Shown here piece after piece: positions 21,635-30,036 of a DNA stretch of 53,760 nt (position 1 is the first letter of the stretch; each line of letters begins with the position of its first letter). The position numbers and the translations under genes are program-made. Below the pieces are notes generated by a model. That model was not told the DNA's origin, searched no databases, and was given only the letters and a program-made list of their open reading frames with translations. The stretch covers positions 1 to 53,760 of the forward strand of contig JBDNHU010000229.1 of the NCBI GenBank assembly GCA_041688615.1, given 5' to 3'. This DNA is from Mariniblastus sp. (lineage in GTDB: Bacteria; Planctomycetota; Planctomycetia; Pirellulales; Pirellulaceae).

Positions 21635-21922
21635 GCTTTTTGATCTCGAATGTCGGGGATTGACTCAAGTGTTGACGGGTTGGCCACTGCGCCGAACCGG
21701 GCTTCCAAAGGAAGCTTGGGCTCAATAGAACCGCATCCAAACCATGCCGCTAACTGACCCGGGGGCCATGTTGATGTTTCAATAGATTTCAAATGTGATC
21801 CGCTTCCCAGTGCAGGTAAGTGATCGCCCGCGAGGGGAAACGATCACCCGATTCGTGGTTTTGAAATTTGTTATGTAAAATCGATCTCGCCAGCCCGCAG
21901 TCGGTCGCGATCTCAGTTTCGG

Positions 21923-22078
21923 TGTGACAACCCGTATGGCAAGTTCGTTGTGACAACCCGTATGGCAAGTTCGTTGTGACAACCCGTATGGCAAGTTCGT
22001 TGTGACAACCCGTATGGCAAGTTCGTTGTGACAACTCGTTCGGCAAGTTCGTTGTGACAACTCGTTTGGAAGGACAGT
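21923..22078. repeat. 26-bp tandem repeat x6 (4 identical units, 2 diverging) in the 880-bp intergenic region; the unit junctions form the palindrome GTTGTGACAAC
   Basis: 'tgtgaca' recurs at 21923, 21949, 21975, 22001, 22027 and 22053 (exact 26-nt phase). Unit is tgtgacaacccgtatggcaagttcgt; units 5-6 read ...aactcgttcgg... and ...aactcgtttgg.... Confidence 0.95.
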
Positions 22079-22603
22079 CTGGCGGCCGTTTCGCGTCTGC
22101 CCAGAAGTTATTTCTGGCGGCAACCGCGACTTGAAATGCTGTCCTTGGAACTTCGGCAAATAGAATTCGCTCGACGAAACATTCGTCATCCAACGGACGC
22201 CGTTTATCCGAACGTAGTGCTTCTACCGGGGACTTGGTCCGTTTTGAGGCTTTGTTGAGGCTTGGTGAGTTGGGTGGGAACCCTGCACAGCACACAACCA
22301 GATCTTTCTTCTGGTTGCAGTGGATCGCGATTGGTTTGAACTTGTCACAACCCATCGGCAGGATCTGCCATCTATTATGCCCCATAAATTAGTTAGATTG
22401 CAATACAAAAGGCCGTATTCGTGACCGATCGTGTCTTTTTGTTGATCATTCCTGCCCCTGTGCGCGGAAACCTGTTTTCGGGCTCTGGGGATTAGGGACG
22501 TACTGGCTTACCACCATTGGAGCCCAAAGCGTTACAATCAGAGGACGCCGTGAACTATTTCGGACGACAATTCACTTCCAATTATTTAGGGAAAATAAGG
22601 CTT

Positions 22604-23296
22604 ATGTCTCGATACAGCATCGAAGAATTTGTCCAGAAGACTCAGCAAAAAGACTTAGGGCAAGGAAAATTTGAACTGGAAACCGAACGAATTTTGGAAG
22701 TTAATTTGGACGGCGAAATTTGGACAAAGATGGGGTCGATGATTTCGTATCGTGGCAACGTCAAGTTCGTTCGGGAGGGTATTCTTGAACAGGGCATTGG
22801 TAATTTGTTGAAGAAGTCGTTGACCGGCGAAGGAGCCAAGTTGACCAAGGCTCAGGGCCAAGGCAAGGTCTACTTGGCCGACAGCGGCAAAAAAGTAACT
22901 ATCCTGAGTTTGAATGGGGATGCAATCTTTATCAACGGAAATGATCTGTTGGCATTCGAACCAACGATTCGCTACGAAATAAAGATGATGAAAAAAATGT
23001 CGGCAATGCTGGCGGGCGGTCTTTTCAATGTGCGGTTAGAGGGTCACGGCATGATCGCGATAACGACCCACTATGATCCGATCACCTTGATGGTGACGCC
23101 TGGCAATCCCGTTGTGACCGATCCGAACGCGACAGTGGCATGGTCTGGTGGTTTGCAACCTCAGATCCGCACTGACGTTTCTTTGAAGACATTTTTTGGT
23201 CGAGGTAGCGGCGAATCGATTCAAACCGAATTCAATGGAAATGGCTTTGTCGTGATTCAACCGTTTGAGGAAGTATACTTTCAAGCAGGCAGCTAG
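22604..23296 (+). CDS. AIM24-family (DUF124/TIGR00266-like) protein; ORF open from TTG 22517, ATG 22604 preferred
   Basis: Pattern 'GEIWTKMGSMISYRGNVKF...GEGAKLTKAQGQGKVYLADSGKKVTILSLNGDAIFINGNDLLAFEPTIRYE...GGLFNVRLEGHGMIAITTHYDP...TVAWSGGL...GESIQTEFNGNGFVVIQP' matches my memory of AIM24/DUF124 proteins. An aagg SD lies 8 nt upstream of ATG 22604. Confidence 0.6.
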   Translation: MSRYSIEEFVQKTQQKDLGQGKFELETERILEVNLDGEIWTKMGSMISYRGNVKFVREGILEQGIGNLLKKSLTGEGAKLTKAQGQGKVYLADSGKKVTILSLNGDAIFINGNDLLAFEPTIRYEIKMMKKMSAMLAGGLFNVRLEGHGMIAITTHYDPITLMVTPGNPVVTDPNATVAWSGGLQPQIRTDVSLKTFFGRGSGESIQTEFNGNGFVVIQPFEEVYFQAGS

Positions 23297-23351
23297 TCGT
23301 CTTCGTGATAAAACGTCTGGCACGAGAGAGCGCCCCGCAGAATCTGCCTTC

Positions 23352-23390
23352 AGAAGTGCGTTTCCAAGTGTTGGAACGCACTTCTTTTCT
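23352..23390 (+). terminator. Rho-independent terminator after the AIM24-family gene
   Basis: agaagtgcgtt(t)cc-aagtgtt-ggaacgcacttct forms a 13-bp stem with 1 bulge and a 7-nt loop, followed by tttct. It starts ~55 nt after the stop. Confidence 0.7.
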
Positions 23391-23398
23391 GTATCAAT

Positions 23399-23447
23399 CA
23401 CCTGTGACTTTTTAAAACACCTGTGACCTTTTAAAACACCTGTGAAC
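23399..23447. repeat. 19-bp tandem repeat x2.6 (cacctgtgac[t/c]ttttaaaa)
   Basis: Direct reading, with units starting at 23399, 23418 and 23437. Each unit contains the palindrome TTTTAAAA. Confidence 0.9.
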
Positions 23448-23553
23448 TTGTCTGGGGCGAGCCGAAACGAGTTCGACCGATCACCGTCTGAATTGCAGTC
23501 TGCGGATGTTTATTTGGCTTTAGGTTTGCGGAATGCTCAGCGGAGATACCTTG

Positions 23554-23637
23554 GGTAAATCCTACGGTGCCACTGGTAAATCCTACGGTGCCACTGGCAA
23601 ATCCTGCGGTGCCACTGGCAAATCCTGCGGTGCACCC
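23554..23637. repeat. 21-bp tandem repeat x4 (gg[t/c]aaatcct[a/g]cggtgccact), ending 12 nt from the nadE stop codon
   Basis: Units start at 23554, 23575, 23596 and 23617. Units 1-2 are identical, units 3-4 share two substitutions, and the last unit decays at its 3' end. Confidence 0.9.
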
Positions 23638-23649
23638 AGTCCTGTGCCA

Positions 23650-25845
23650 TTAGTCTAGTTCTTTTAATTCTTCTTCGAAGCCACCACTTAAAATCGGCCA
23701 TCGGCACCAGGTCTTGGGGTCAAGATTTTCGTCGTCCAAGTGAAAACTGGGCGCGTAGCGTTCGCGTTTCCATTGATTGCGACTCCACAGCGTGAAGAAT
23801 CGTTTGATCCATAGTTTCAGTTGGCTTGGGCTATATTGTGGGAATTGCAACGCCACATGTTCCAGCACTTCGATCGGTGAAATCTTATCGCGAATCGCTA
23901 ATCGTTCGATCGTATCCAAGAGATCGTAAGGCATAAGATCGCCTTCGTCCGTTTGCTCTTGGTTGGGTGGGCGAAGTTCGGCGGTGGGAGCCTGATTGTT
24001 AATGCAATCCAATTCCGCGATCGGGCCCAGGCCTGGAAAGCCCGACTCTTGCAACCAGCGGAGCCAGTGTCGAAGGAAGTTTTTATCGATTCCAGCGATG
24101 GGAGAAAGTCCACCCGAAGTATCGCCATCCATCGTCGCGTAGCCTACCGCTGCCTCGCTACGATTGCTGGTTGAAAGTAGAAGTGCGTTGTAAATGTTCG
24201 CCAGCATCCAAGCACCCGGCGCACGCGATCTGGCTTGAATATTTTGCAGCGTGATATCATCGGTTTGCCAATCCAGAGGGCGACCCAGTGTCGATTCCAC
24301 AGTCGAGCAATAAAGATTCACAATCGCATCCACGTCCCAGACATGATGCGATGAATGCACCAATGATGCAATTTTGTTTGCCGCATCCAAGGTGACTGTT
24401 CCACTGTTTTTTGTGGCCTGATACACTGTGTGGATCATTTTACCTGCCAACGCGTTTGCCGATTTGCGTGCAATGTCTTGTGTTGAAAAGTTTGCGATGT
24501 TTTGCTGTGGGTCCGGCGAAGTTGAGGGCAGCGTTGGTGAGGCCGGAATGGTTAAGTCTTGGATGGTTTTGATATGTGCTAGTTTCTGTAGCGTCCGCTT
24601 CAGCCCCAATTGTTCGACACTCAAGTACAGCATGAACCAGCTAAGCAGCGTAACTCCGGCTGAATCCGCACCCCCGCTTAGGGAAACCACCACCCCGGAG
24701 GATCGTGATTTCCGCAAGTAATCAAATAGCCCTAATGCAACCGCCAAAGTGAACTCTTCTTCTTTTGAAAACACGGAAGGCAGGACGCTAAGGTCTTTGC
24801 CTGCCGAATGATTCAATGGCGTCGACGGGGTTGCAGGCGTCCGTAAGTCGGATGTGGCAGAGACCGCTGGTGCAGCCAGTTCTAAATTGTGGAGCTTGGT
24901 CAACATGGCAGACGTTGCTTGCGGATCGGCTTTGCCAATCATCGAAAGTGACGCCATCGGTATACTGAACGGGACGTCCACTTCATCACCGATTCGATCG
25001 TCAGAAATTTGCGGTTGAAAACTGGCGGTACGGGCTCGCAACATCCGAGTCCATTGCACATCAACGATGGCGGTCGTTAGCTGGACGTCTTCAAAGGAAA
25101 ATCGTTTCCCCAACGCCAGCAACTTTCCACCCGACGCGATCATCGCATCTCCATCGTAGATCGATCGCCCCGCTTCATTGCCCAGCAAGTTGGAGTAGAT
25201 GTAGCTAACTTGAAAAGCTCGGGAGCCTTCCAACACGAATCGGCGGCGGACTTCATGCTTGCCGAACGCAAAGTGACTGGCACTTGGATTCAAGATCAGG
25301 TCCACTCCGCGGACTGCTAAATTCGCCCCAGGTCGAGCCCCGACCCAAGCGTCTTCACAAATTTCAAATCCGATTCGGATGCCTTGAAAGTTGAATACGA
25401 TATCGCCTACTGGTAATGTTCGGTTGGCGACGTCCAGATCTACCATTTGGTACTTTGGCCATGGTTTGAACCAACGGGGTTCGTAGTGCAGACCATCACC
25501 CGCCAGGTACTGTTTTGCGGCAATGCCAACGATCTCTTTGTTGGCCAGTAGTGCGACCCCGTTAAAGAGTCCGCCCGCACACAAAAATGGAAGCCCCACA
25601 CAGACGACCATGTTTTCGGTGTGTTGGGTGATTAATTCCAGTTGTTGCAAGCAGCGACTGTGAGTGTCTGGTGCCAAAAAAGCGTCTTCGCATCCGTAAC
25701 CGGGAATGCAGAATTCGGGAAGACAAAGCAGGCTGACTTGATCCGCTTTGGCAGCGTCGATCGCTTTGAGAATCCGTTGGGTGTTGCCCGACCAATCTAA
25801 GGGCGTTTGATTGAGAACGCCCGCGGCAACCTTCAGCAATTTCAT
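23650..25845 (-). CDS. nadE: Glutamine-dependent NAD(+) synthetase (N-terminal CN-hydrolase/nitrilase domain plus C-terminal NAD synthetase domain)
   Basis: 731 aa. Nitrilase-type block 'LLCLPEFCIPGYGCEDAF' and 'IRIGFEICEDAW' (catalytic Glu and Cys contexts). PP-loop 'VVVSLSGGADSA'. C-terminal 'GYATMDGDTSGGLSPIAGIDK'. The S/T/P-rich linkers are longer than usual. Confidence 0.9.
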   Translation of the reverse strand: MKLLKVAAGVLNQTPLDWSGNTQRILKAIDAAKADQVSLLCLPEFCIPGYGCEDAFLAPDTHSRCLQQLELITQHTENMVVCVGLPFLCAGGLFNGVALLANKEIVGIAAKQYLAGDGLHYEPRWFKPWPKYQMVDLDVANRTLPVGDIVFNFQGIRIGFEICEDAWVGARPGANLAVRGVDLILNPSASHFAFGKHEVRRRFVLEGSRAFQVSYIYSNLLGNEAGRSIYDGDAMIASGGKLLALGKRFSFEDVQLTTAIVDVQWTRMLRARTASFQPQISDDRIGDEVDVPFSIPMASLSMIGKADPQATSAMLTKLHNLELAAPAVSATSDLRTPATPSTPLNHSAGKDLSVLPSVFSKEEEFTLAVALGLFDYLRKSRSSGVVVSLSGGADSAGVTLLSWFMLYLSVEQLGLKRTLQKLAHIKTIQDLTIPASPTLPSTSPDPQQNIANFSTQDIARKSANALAGKMIHTVYQATKNSGTVTLDAANKIASLVHSSHHVWDVDAIVNLYCSTVESTLGRPLDWQTDDITLQNIQARSRAPGAWMLANIYNALLLSTSNRSEAAVGYATMDGDTSGGLSPIAGIDKNFLRHWLRWLQESGFPGLGPIAELDCINNQAPTAELRPPNQEQTDEGDLMPYDLLDTIERLAIRDKISPIEVLEHVALQFPQYSPSQLKLWIKRFFTLWSRNQWKRERYAPSFHLDDENLDPKTWCRWPILSGGFEEELKELD

Positions 25846-26097
25846 TATCTAACTTTCATTGTCTGAGTGGACCCAATCAGCAGTCGCTTGAATCGATCCA
25901 GCGATCATTGGCTGTTTTTTAAGGCTCACTTTGTTTACTGCGATCAGTGGTCTGACCACCACCAGGAAATTTTCAAGCGTTACACAGAGACGTTTTTATC
26001 TTGAAGTTGAGTGCCGATCTACTCAAAATGAACCTGGATGTTCGAACTTGTCCCCAGGCCCTAAGTGTTCTCTGGATCGTGTGTCGGGAGTGAACGC

Positions 26098-27255
26098 TTA
26101 TGCATCGAGATCCTGAAAAAATGACTGGGTCAGGTTCTGCAGTTCGTCTGCACTGCCAAAAGGCTGGCAAAGGCCGGGTGGAAGTCCATCTTGCAGTTTT
26201 TTAAGTCGCTTGGGAGTAATTTTTCGATAGTCCAAGTCTCGAATGTAGATCCCTTTGACTTGATCCGGGAATTTTCTGCCCAAACGGCAATAGATTTCCG
26301 GATCGCGTTCGCCCGAATCGCCAACCAAAACGAATTTGCGATGCGGAAATGTTTTCAGCAACGACCCGATCACCAAGGCTTTCCCTTTTTGCCGAAAGAT
26401 CAACATTTTTCGTAGTAAATCTTGGCTTAAGTGAAACGATCGCAGATGAAATGTCCCTGCAGGAAACTGGTCCTTTTGGCACAATTTTTCGATAGGGACA
26501 AACAACTGCCAAGGGCTACTTGAAACGTAATGAAAGTCGGCTCCGACCGTTGCCCATTGGCGATACAGTTTGGACATGCCAGCAACGCTGCGAAATTCAT
26601 TCAGGAAAGTATTGGCAAGCAAGATGCGCAAGGGAGCTACTTGCGAATCTTTGATCGTATCATCAATATCTGAAACCACGGACAAACCCTGCCATGCAAT
26701 GCACCTTGCGATGATTGGTTGGCTAGGAATCGTAGGGTGGTCCAATTCAACCGTGAGCGGAATTCCTGCAGATCGAGCGATCAACGCAACGCCGGCGTCG
26801 GCTGGGTCGGTGGCCCGAATGCCCAGCAGTTGGCAAAGCTGAGTGGCATCCAAATGCAAACGTCCTTTGAACAGGCCCGACCGATTGGTTCGCCGCGGAA
26901 TTTGAAATTTTTTGCCCCCAATGTCAAGATTGACGTTTAGTTTCTTCAGTCCCTTAGCCAGGAACGGCGCTAGTCGGCCGCGAAACAAGGGTTCATTCAA
27001 ATCCGATGGATTGGCGCGCATCAATCGCCCCATCATCGAAATGGACCAGCGGGTCCGCAAGTTCGATTCATTTCCGGGTCGGGTTACCATGCCATCAACT
27101 ACAACTACCCAACGACGCAAGGAGGCATCTTCCGGAAAAAAATATGCCGGAAAAACGACCAGTGTGTGAGCCTGATCTAGCGGGGGTTCCAACGGTGTTT
27201 TTGCCGCAAATGGATCCAAGTCAGTTTCCTCATGGGAAGAGAAGGACGGCTTCAA
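26098..27255 (-). CDS. App1-like phosphatidate phosphatase family protein (DUF2183, HAD-like DXDXT)
   Basis: 385 aa. 'LSVVSDIDDTIKDS' (DxDxT) and 'FVLVGDSGERDPEIY' match my recollection of App1/DUF2183. Confidence 0.6.
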   Translation of the reverse strand: MKPSFSSHEETDLDPFAAKTPLEPPLDQAHTLVVFPAYFFPEDASLRRWVVVVDGMVTRPGNESNLRTRWSISMMGRLMRANPSDLNEPLFRGRLAPFLAKGLKKLNVNLDIGGKKFQIPRRTNRSGLFKGRLHLDATQLCQLLGIRATDPADAGVALIARSAGIPLTVELDHPTIPSQPIIARCIAWQGLSVVSDIDDTIKDSQVAPLRILLANTFLNEFRSVAGMSKLYRQWATVGADFHYVSSSPWQLFVPIEKLCQKDQFPAGTFHLRSFHLSQDLLRKMLIFRQKGKALVIGSLLKTFPHRKFVLVGDSGERDPEIYCRLGRKFPDQVKGIYIRDLDYRKITPKRLKKLQDGLPPGLCQPFGSADELQNLTQSFFQDLDA

Positions 27256-27321
27256 GAATGGTACTTTTATTTTTCATAGGTCCGAGCAAGGAAGACACTG
27301 GAATTTCCGAACGCTTTACGG

Positions 27322-28665
27322 TTATTCCTGGCTCGCAGGAGCCAAATCATAACACATTATTCCATCTTGTTCGCGAAGGTATAGCCGTCGATTGACAACT
27401 ACGGGGTGAGCCCAACTTTCCCGCTCCTGCAACACCGGTCGAAACTGTCCTTTCAAACGATACGAATTCGGGTTCGCCTGTATCAAGGCGACGGTTCCGT
27501 TTTGGTAGCGAAAGATCAAGTGATTGTCGACCCACACGACGGCGGCAGACCCAGTACCGGGCCCGCGTTCTTTCCACATCACTTGTCCATCAGAGATTCG
27601 GATGCAAATGGGAAATCCCTTGCCGTGTCCGTGGCCTGCATAAACATAACCGTCTTGCGCGACCATGCCGCCATGATGATTTTCGAATTGGTTAGCCTCT
27701 AAAAAGTAGGCAACCGATGCTTTGGTTTCATTTTGATTTTTGCTAATTTTAAGCAAGCATGATCCCGTGCCGTAGCCCGAACTTGCGAACACGAAGTCCT
27801 CTCCAATTAATGGCGTAGGGATCGCGGCCACGTCATTGCTAACGTCCTCATAGCCCCACATCAATTTCCCATCGTTTGCTCGGATGCCAACAACGCCTTC
27901 TGCTACTAATTGTACGTATTGTTTTACGCCGCTGATTTGGCCGACAACAATCGAGCTATAAGCTGCGCCTTTTTGTAAGCGTTTACCAACCTTGTTGGTT
28001 CCGTCACCTCCTGCCGGGATCGATGATCGCCAAATCTCTTTCCCAGTATCTTTGTCCAGTTTCACGATCGCGGCGTTGGGACCGCCAGGCGTGAACAGTA
28101 CAAATCCTTCATCGACCAGAGGGCTTTCAGAGAAGCCCCAAACGCTCATCATTCGCCCGCCCCACTTTGAAAAGTTATGCTCCCAAAGTTTCTTGCCGCT
28201 CGTGGCATCCAAACAAACGATTCCGCCGCTACTGGGAACTGCGTAAACTTTCCCGTCGCTGAAGGTCGGCGTGCAGCGAGCGCCTGCATAGTCATGACCT
28301 GGAAGCGAATCCGTGATCGGTGTTTGCCAAAGCACCTTGCCATCACTCAGTGCCGATGCTGTGAGGACTTGTTGATTTTGTTTGTTGCCAGTGGAGAAGA
28401 TCATTCCCTGGGCGATGGAAACACTGCCATAGCCTTCCCCTAGACCGCCGGCTTGCCACAGCAACTTTGGTGGATTGGTTTCCCAGTCGGTGTTGATTCC
28501 AGTTGAAGGTGAGTGCCCATCACGATCGGAGCCGCGCCATGTTGGCCATGAATCTTCTTGTTGAACTGCGTCACCTGTCTGGGGACGTGGCGCCGCGGTC
28601 GCAAAATCGGCCAACGCCAAACCGCAGGCAATGACTAGCAGGCTGAAGATACGATCGATCATCAA
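27322..28665 (-). CDS. Secreted PQQ-like (BamB/YVTN-type) beta-propeller repeat protein
   Basis: 447 aa. Signal peptide 'MMIDRIFSLLVIACGLALADFATAAP'. Recurrent blades include 'DGKVYAVPSSGGIVCLDATSGKKLWEH', 'NAAIVKLDKDTGKEIWRS', 'GVVGIRANDGKLMWGY' and 'RRLYLREQDGIMCYDL'. Confidence 0.75.
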   Translation of the reverse strand: MMIDRIFSLLVIACGLALADFATAAPRPQTGDAVQQEDSWPTWRGSDRDGHSPSTGINTDWETNPPKLLWQAGGLGEGYGSVSIAQGMIFSTGNKQNQQVLTASALSDGKVLWQTPITDSLPGHDYAGARCTPTFSDGKVYAVPSSGGIVCLDATSGKKLWEHNFSKWGGRMMSVWGFSESPLVDEGFVLFTPGGPNAAIVKLDKDTGKEIWRSSIPAGGDGTNKVGKRLQKGAAYSSIVVGQISGVKQYVQLVAEGVVGIRANDGKLMWGYEDVSNDVAAIPTPLIGEDFVFASSGYGTGSCLLKISKNQNETKASVAYFLEANQFENHHGGMVAQDGYVYAGHGHGKGFPICIRISDGQVMWKERGPGTGSAAVVWVDNHLIFRYQNGTVALIQANPNSYRLKGQFRPVLQERESWAHPVVVNRRLYLREQDGIMCYDLAPASQE

Positions 28666-29135
28666 TCTATTTTTCCTCTCTCAAATCATACTCTTGGGGG
28701 CAGTTTCGCTGCTTCTGCCAAACGAACCGGCGATGCCGTGCTGGTGAGTTTGCACACGCTTAGTTTCATTCTGACTTATTGGATGTCCGTAGAATAGAGT
28801 CGAAATCAGGGATCTTGTGATTCGCACGTCGGGATGGAAGTCTCCGATGCAGAAATCTCTTGTCAAGCGTTTGTGGGCACGGTGGTGCCCGAAGTCCCGC
28901 TTCAATCCCTGCGTTGAAACATTCCGTCTGTGTGTGCCTTGCCGCCCTTGGCGAGTGGCTGAAGGCTGGATCGGCAGTAGTTGCCGAACCGGCAGCAAGT
29001 GCCGATCCCGGGGCGCAGAGTTTGCCGAACTGCCGCCGCTGCTAGCGTTTTCCCCTATCGCTTGCGACTTCAGTCATTCCAGCTTTTAGCTTCAAAAATC
29101 GATGAAATAACTTTCTTGCTGCGATTTTTGCCGAT

Positions 29136-29151
29136 TGGCCCAGGGTTTGCC
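29136..29151 (+). promoter_or_regulatory. Candidate sigma54 (-24/-12) promoter upstream of flgF
   Basis: TGGCCCAGGGTTTGCC versus consensus TGGCAC-N5-TTGCW. The GG and GC dinucleotides are at exactly the canonical spacing. It ends 53 nt upstream of the flgF ATG. Single-site match only. Confidence 0.35.
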
Positions 29152-29203
29152 TTTATTCAACAACGTCAAGGATGACATCGTTGTTTATTGAAGGGACTTC
29201 GCC

Positions 29204-29965
29204 ATGTACGGAACCTATATCTCAGCGTCAGGTGCTGACACTTACAACCGCTATTTAGAAGTCATTGCCAACAACATTGCCAACGTGGACACACCTGGTT
29301 TTCGCCGAGAAATGCCAATTGTCAAAAGTTATTTTTCCGAGGCGATCGCTCAGGGCCAGGCTAGCCCTGGTATTGGAACGATTAACGACGTGGGCGGTGG
29401 TATCGGAATGTTCGAAACGGTCACAAATTTCGAGGCCGGGCAAGCGGTCAAGACAGGGATTGATACCGACCTGATGCTGGCGGACCCGCGAGGCGACCAT
29501 TTCTTTGTGGTGGATCGCGGCGGTCAACAGATGCTTACGCGAGCTGGCAACTTCTTGGTCAATGGTGACGGGCAGCTGGTCACGCAAGCGGGAGACCCGG
29601 TTATGTCGGCCGGCGGCGGTCCTATCCAAATCAACCCAAACTTTCCTTTTCAATTCAATAACGAAGGCGCACTGTTACAACCGGCCGCAAATTTGCGAGT
29701 CAACTTGGCGGTTGTTCGGCCCAATTCGTTGAACGATTTGACTCATGCGGGAAGCAATTTGTTTCAAGCAAATGGGGCGCTGGCATCCGTCGCCAACGAC
29801 GAACGTTCGGTCCGTCCTGGATTCTTGGAAACGTCTTCCGCCCGTCCAGTCCAAGAGATGGTTGACATGATCAAAGTCACCCGTGCTTACGAGGCTAATA
29901 TTCGGATGATTCAACAACAGGATGGAATCACCGAATCCTTATTGACACGAGTCCTACGCAGTTAG
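29204..29965 (+). CDS. flgF: Flagellar basal-body rod protein FlgF
   Basis: 253 aa. N-terminal rod motif 'LEVIANNIANVDTPGFRRE' and C-terminal 'FLETSSARPVQEMVDMIKVTRAYEANIRMIQQQD'. It lies immediately upstream of flgG. Confidence 0.85.
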   Translation: MYGTYISASGADTYNRYLEVIANNIANVDTPGFRREMPIVKSYFSEAIAQGQASPGIGTINDVGGGIGMFETVTNFEAGQAVKTGIDTDLMLADPRGDHFFVVDRGGQQMLTRAGNFLVNGDGQLVTQAGDPVMSAGGGPIQINPNFPFQFNNEGALLQPAANLRVNLAVVRPNSLNDLTHAGSNLFQANGALASVANDERSVRPGFLETSSARPVQEMVDMIKVTRAYEANIRMIQQQDGITESLLTRVLRS

Positions 29966-30036
29966 TCATCGGCTGAAATCATTACCTACATTGAAACACG
30001 TTTAGTTTTTAAGTTCAAAAGACAGGGAAGTTAATC

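Noticed and set aside
21779-22385. 198-aa and 136-aa minus-strand ORFs spanning the 26-bp array, considered as real protein genes
   Set aside because: Not called as CDS. Two overlapping frames are both open only because the repeat unit lacks stops in all three minus-strand frames. The non-repeat parts show no motif I recognise. I kept this as an open question inside the finding rather than as a feature.
13518-23637. Tandem arrays at 13518, 21923, 23399 and 23554 as possible CRISPR arrays
   Set aside because: Units abut head-to-tail with no unique spacers, unit lengths (16-26 bp) are not interleaved with 30-40 bp spacers, and no cas genes are present. They are simple tandem repeats.
29100-29140. 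Possible sigma28 (FliA) promoter upstream of flgF (…ataac…N18…gccgattg)
   Set aside because: The -10-like GCCGAT is present, but the -35 TAAA is only TAAC and the spacing (~18) is off the canonical 15. The sigma54 reading of the adjacent sequence fits better.
28681-29175. ORFs in the divergent region between the PQQ-propeller gene and flgF (28681..28998 minus, 28817..29089, 28860..29045, 28981..29175)
   Set aside because: They are mutually overlapping in several frames, Arg/Cys/Pro-rich, and have no motifs. The region more plausibly holds the two divergent promoters.
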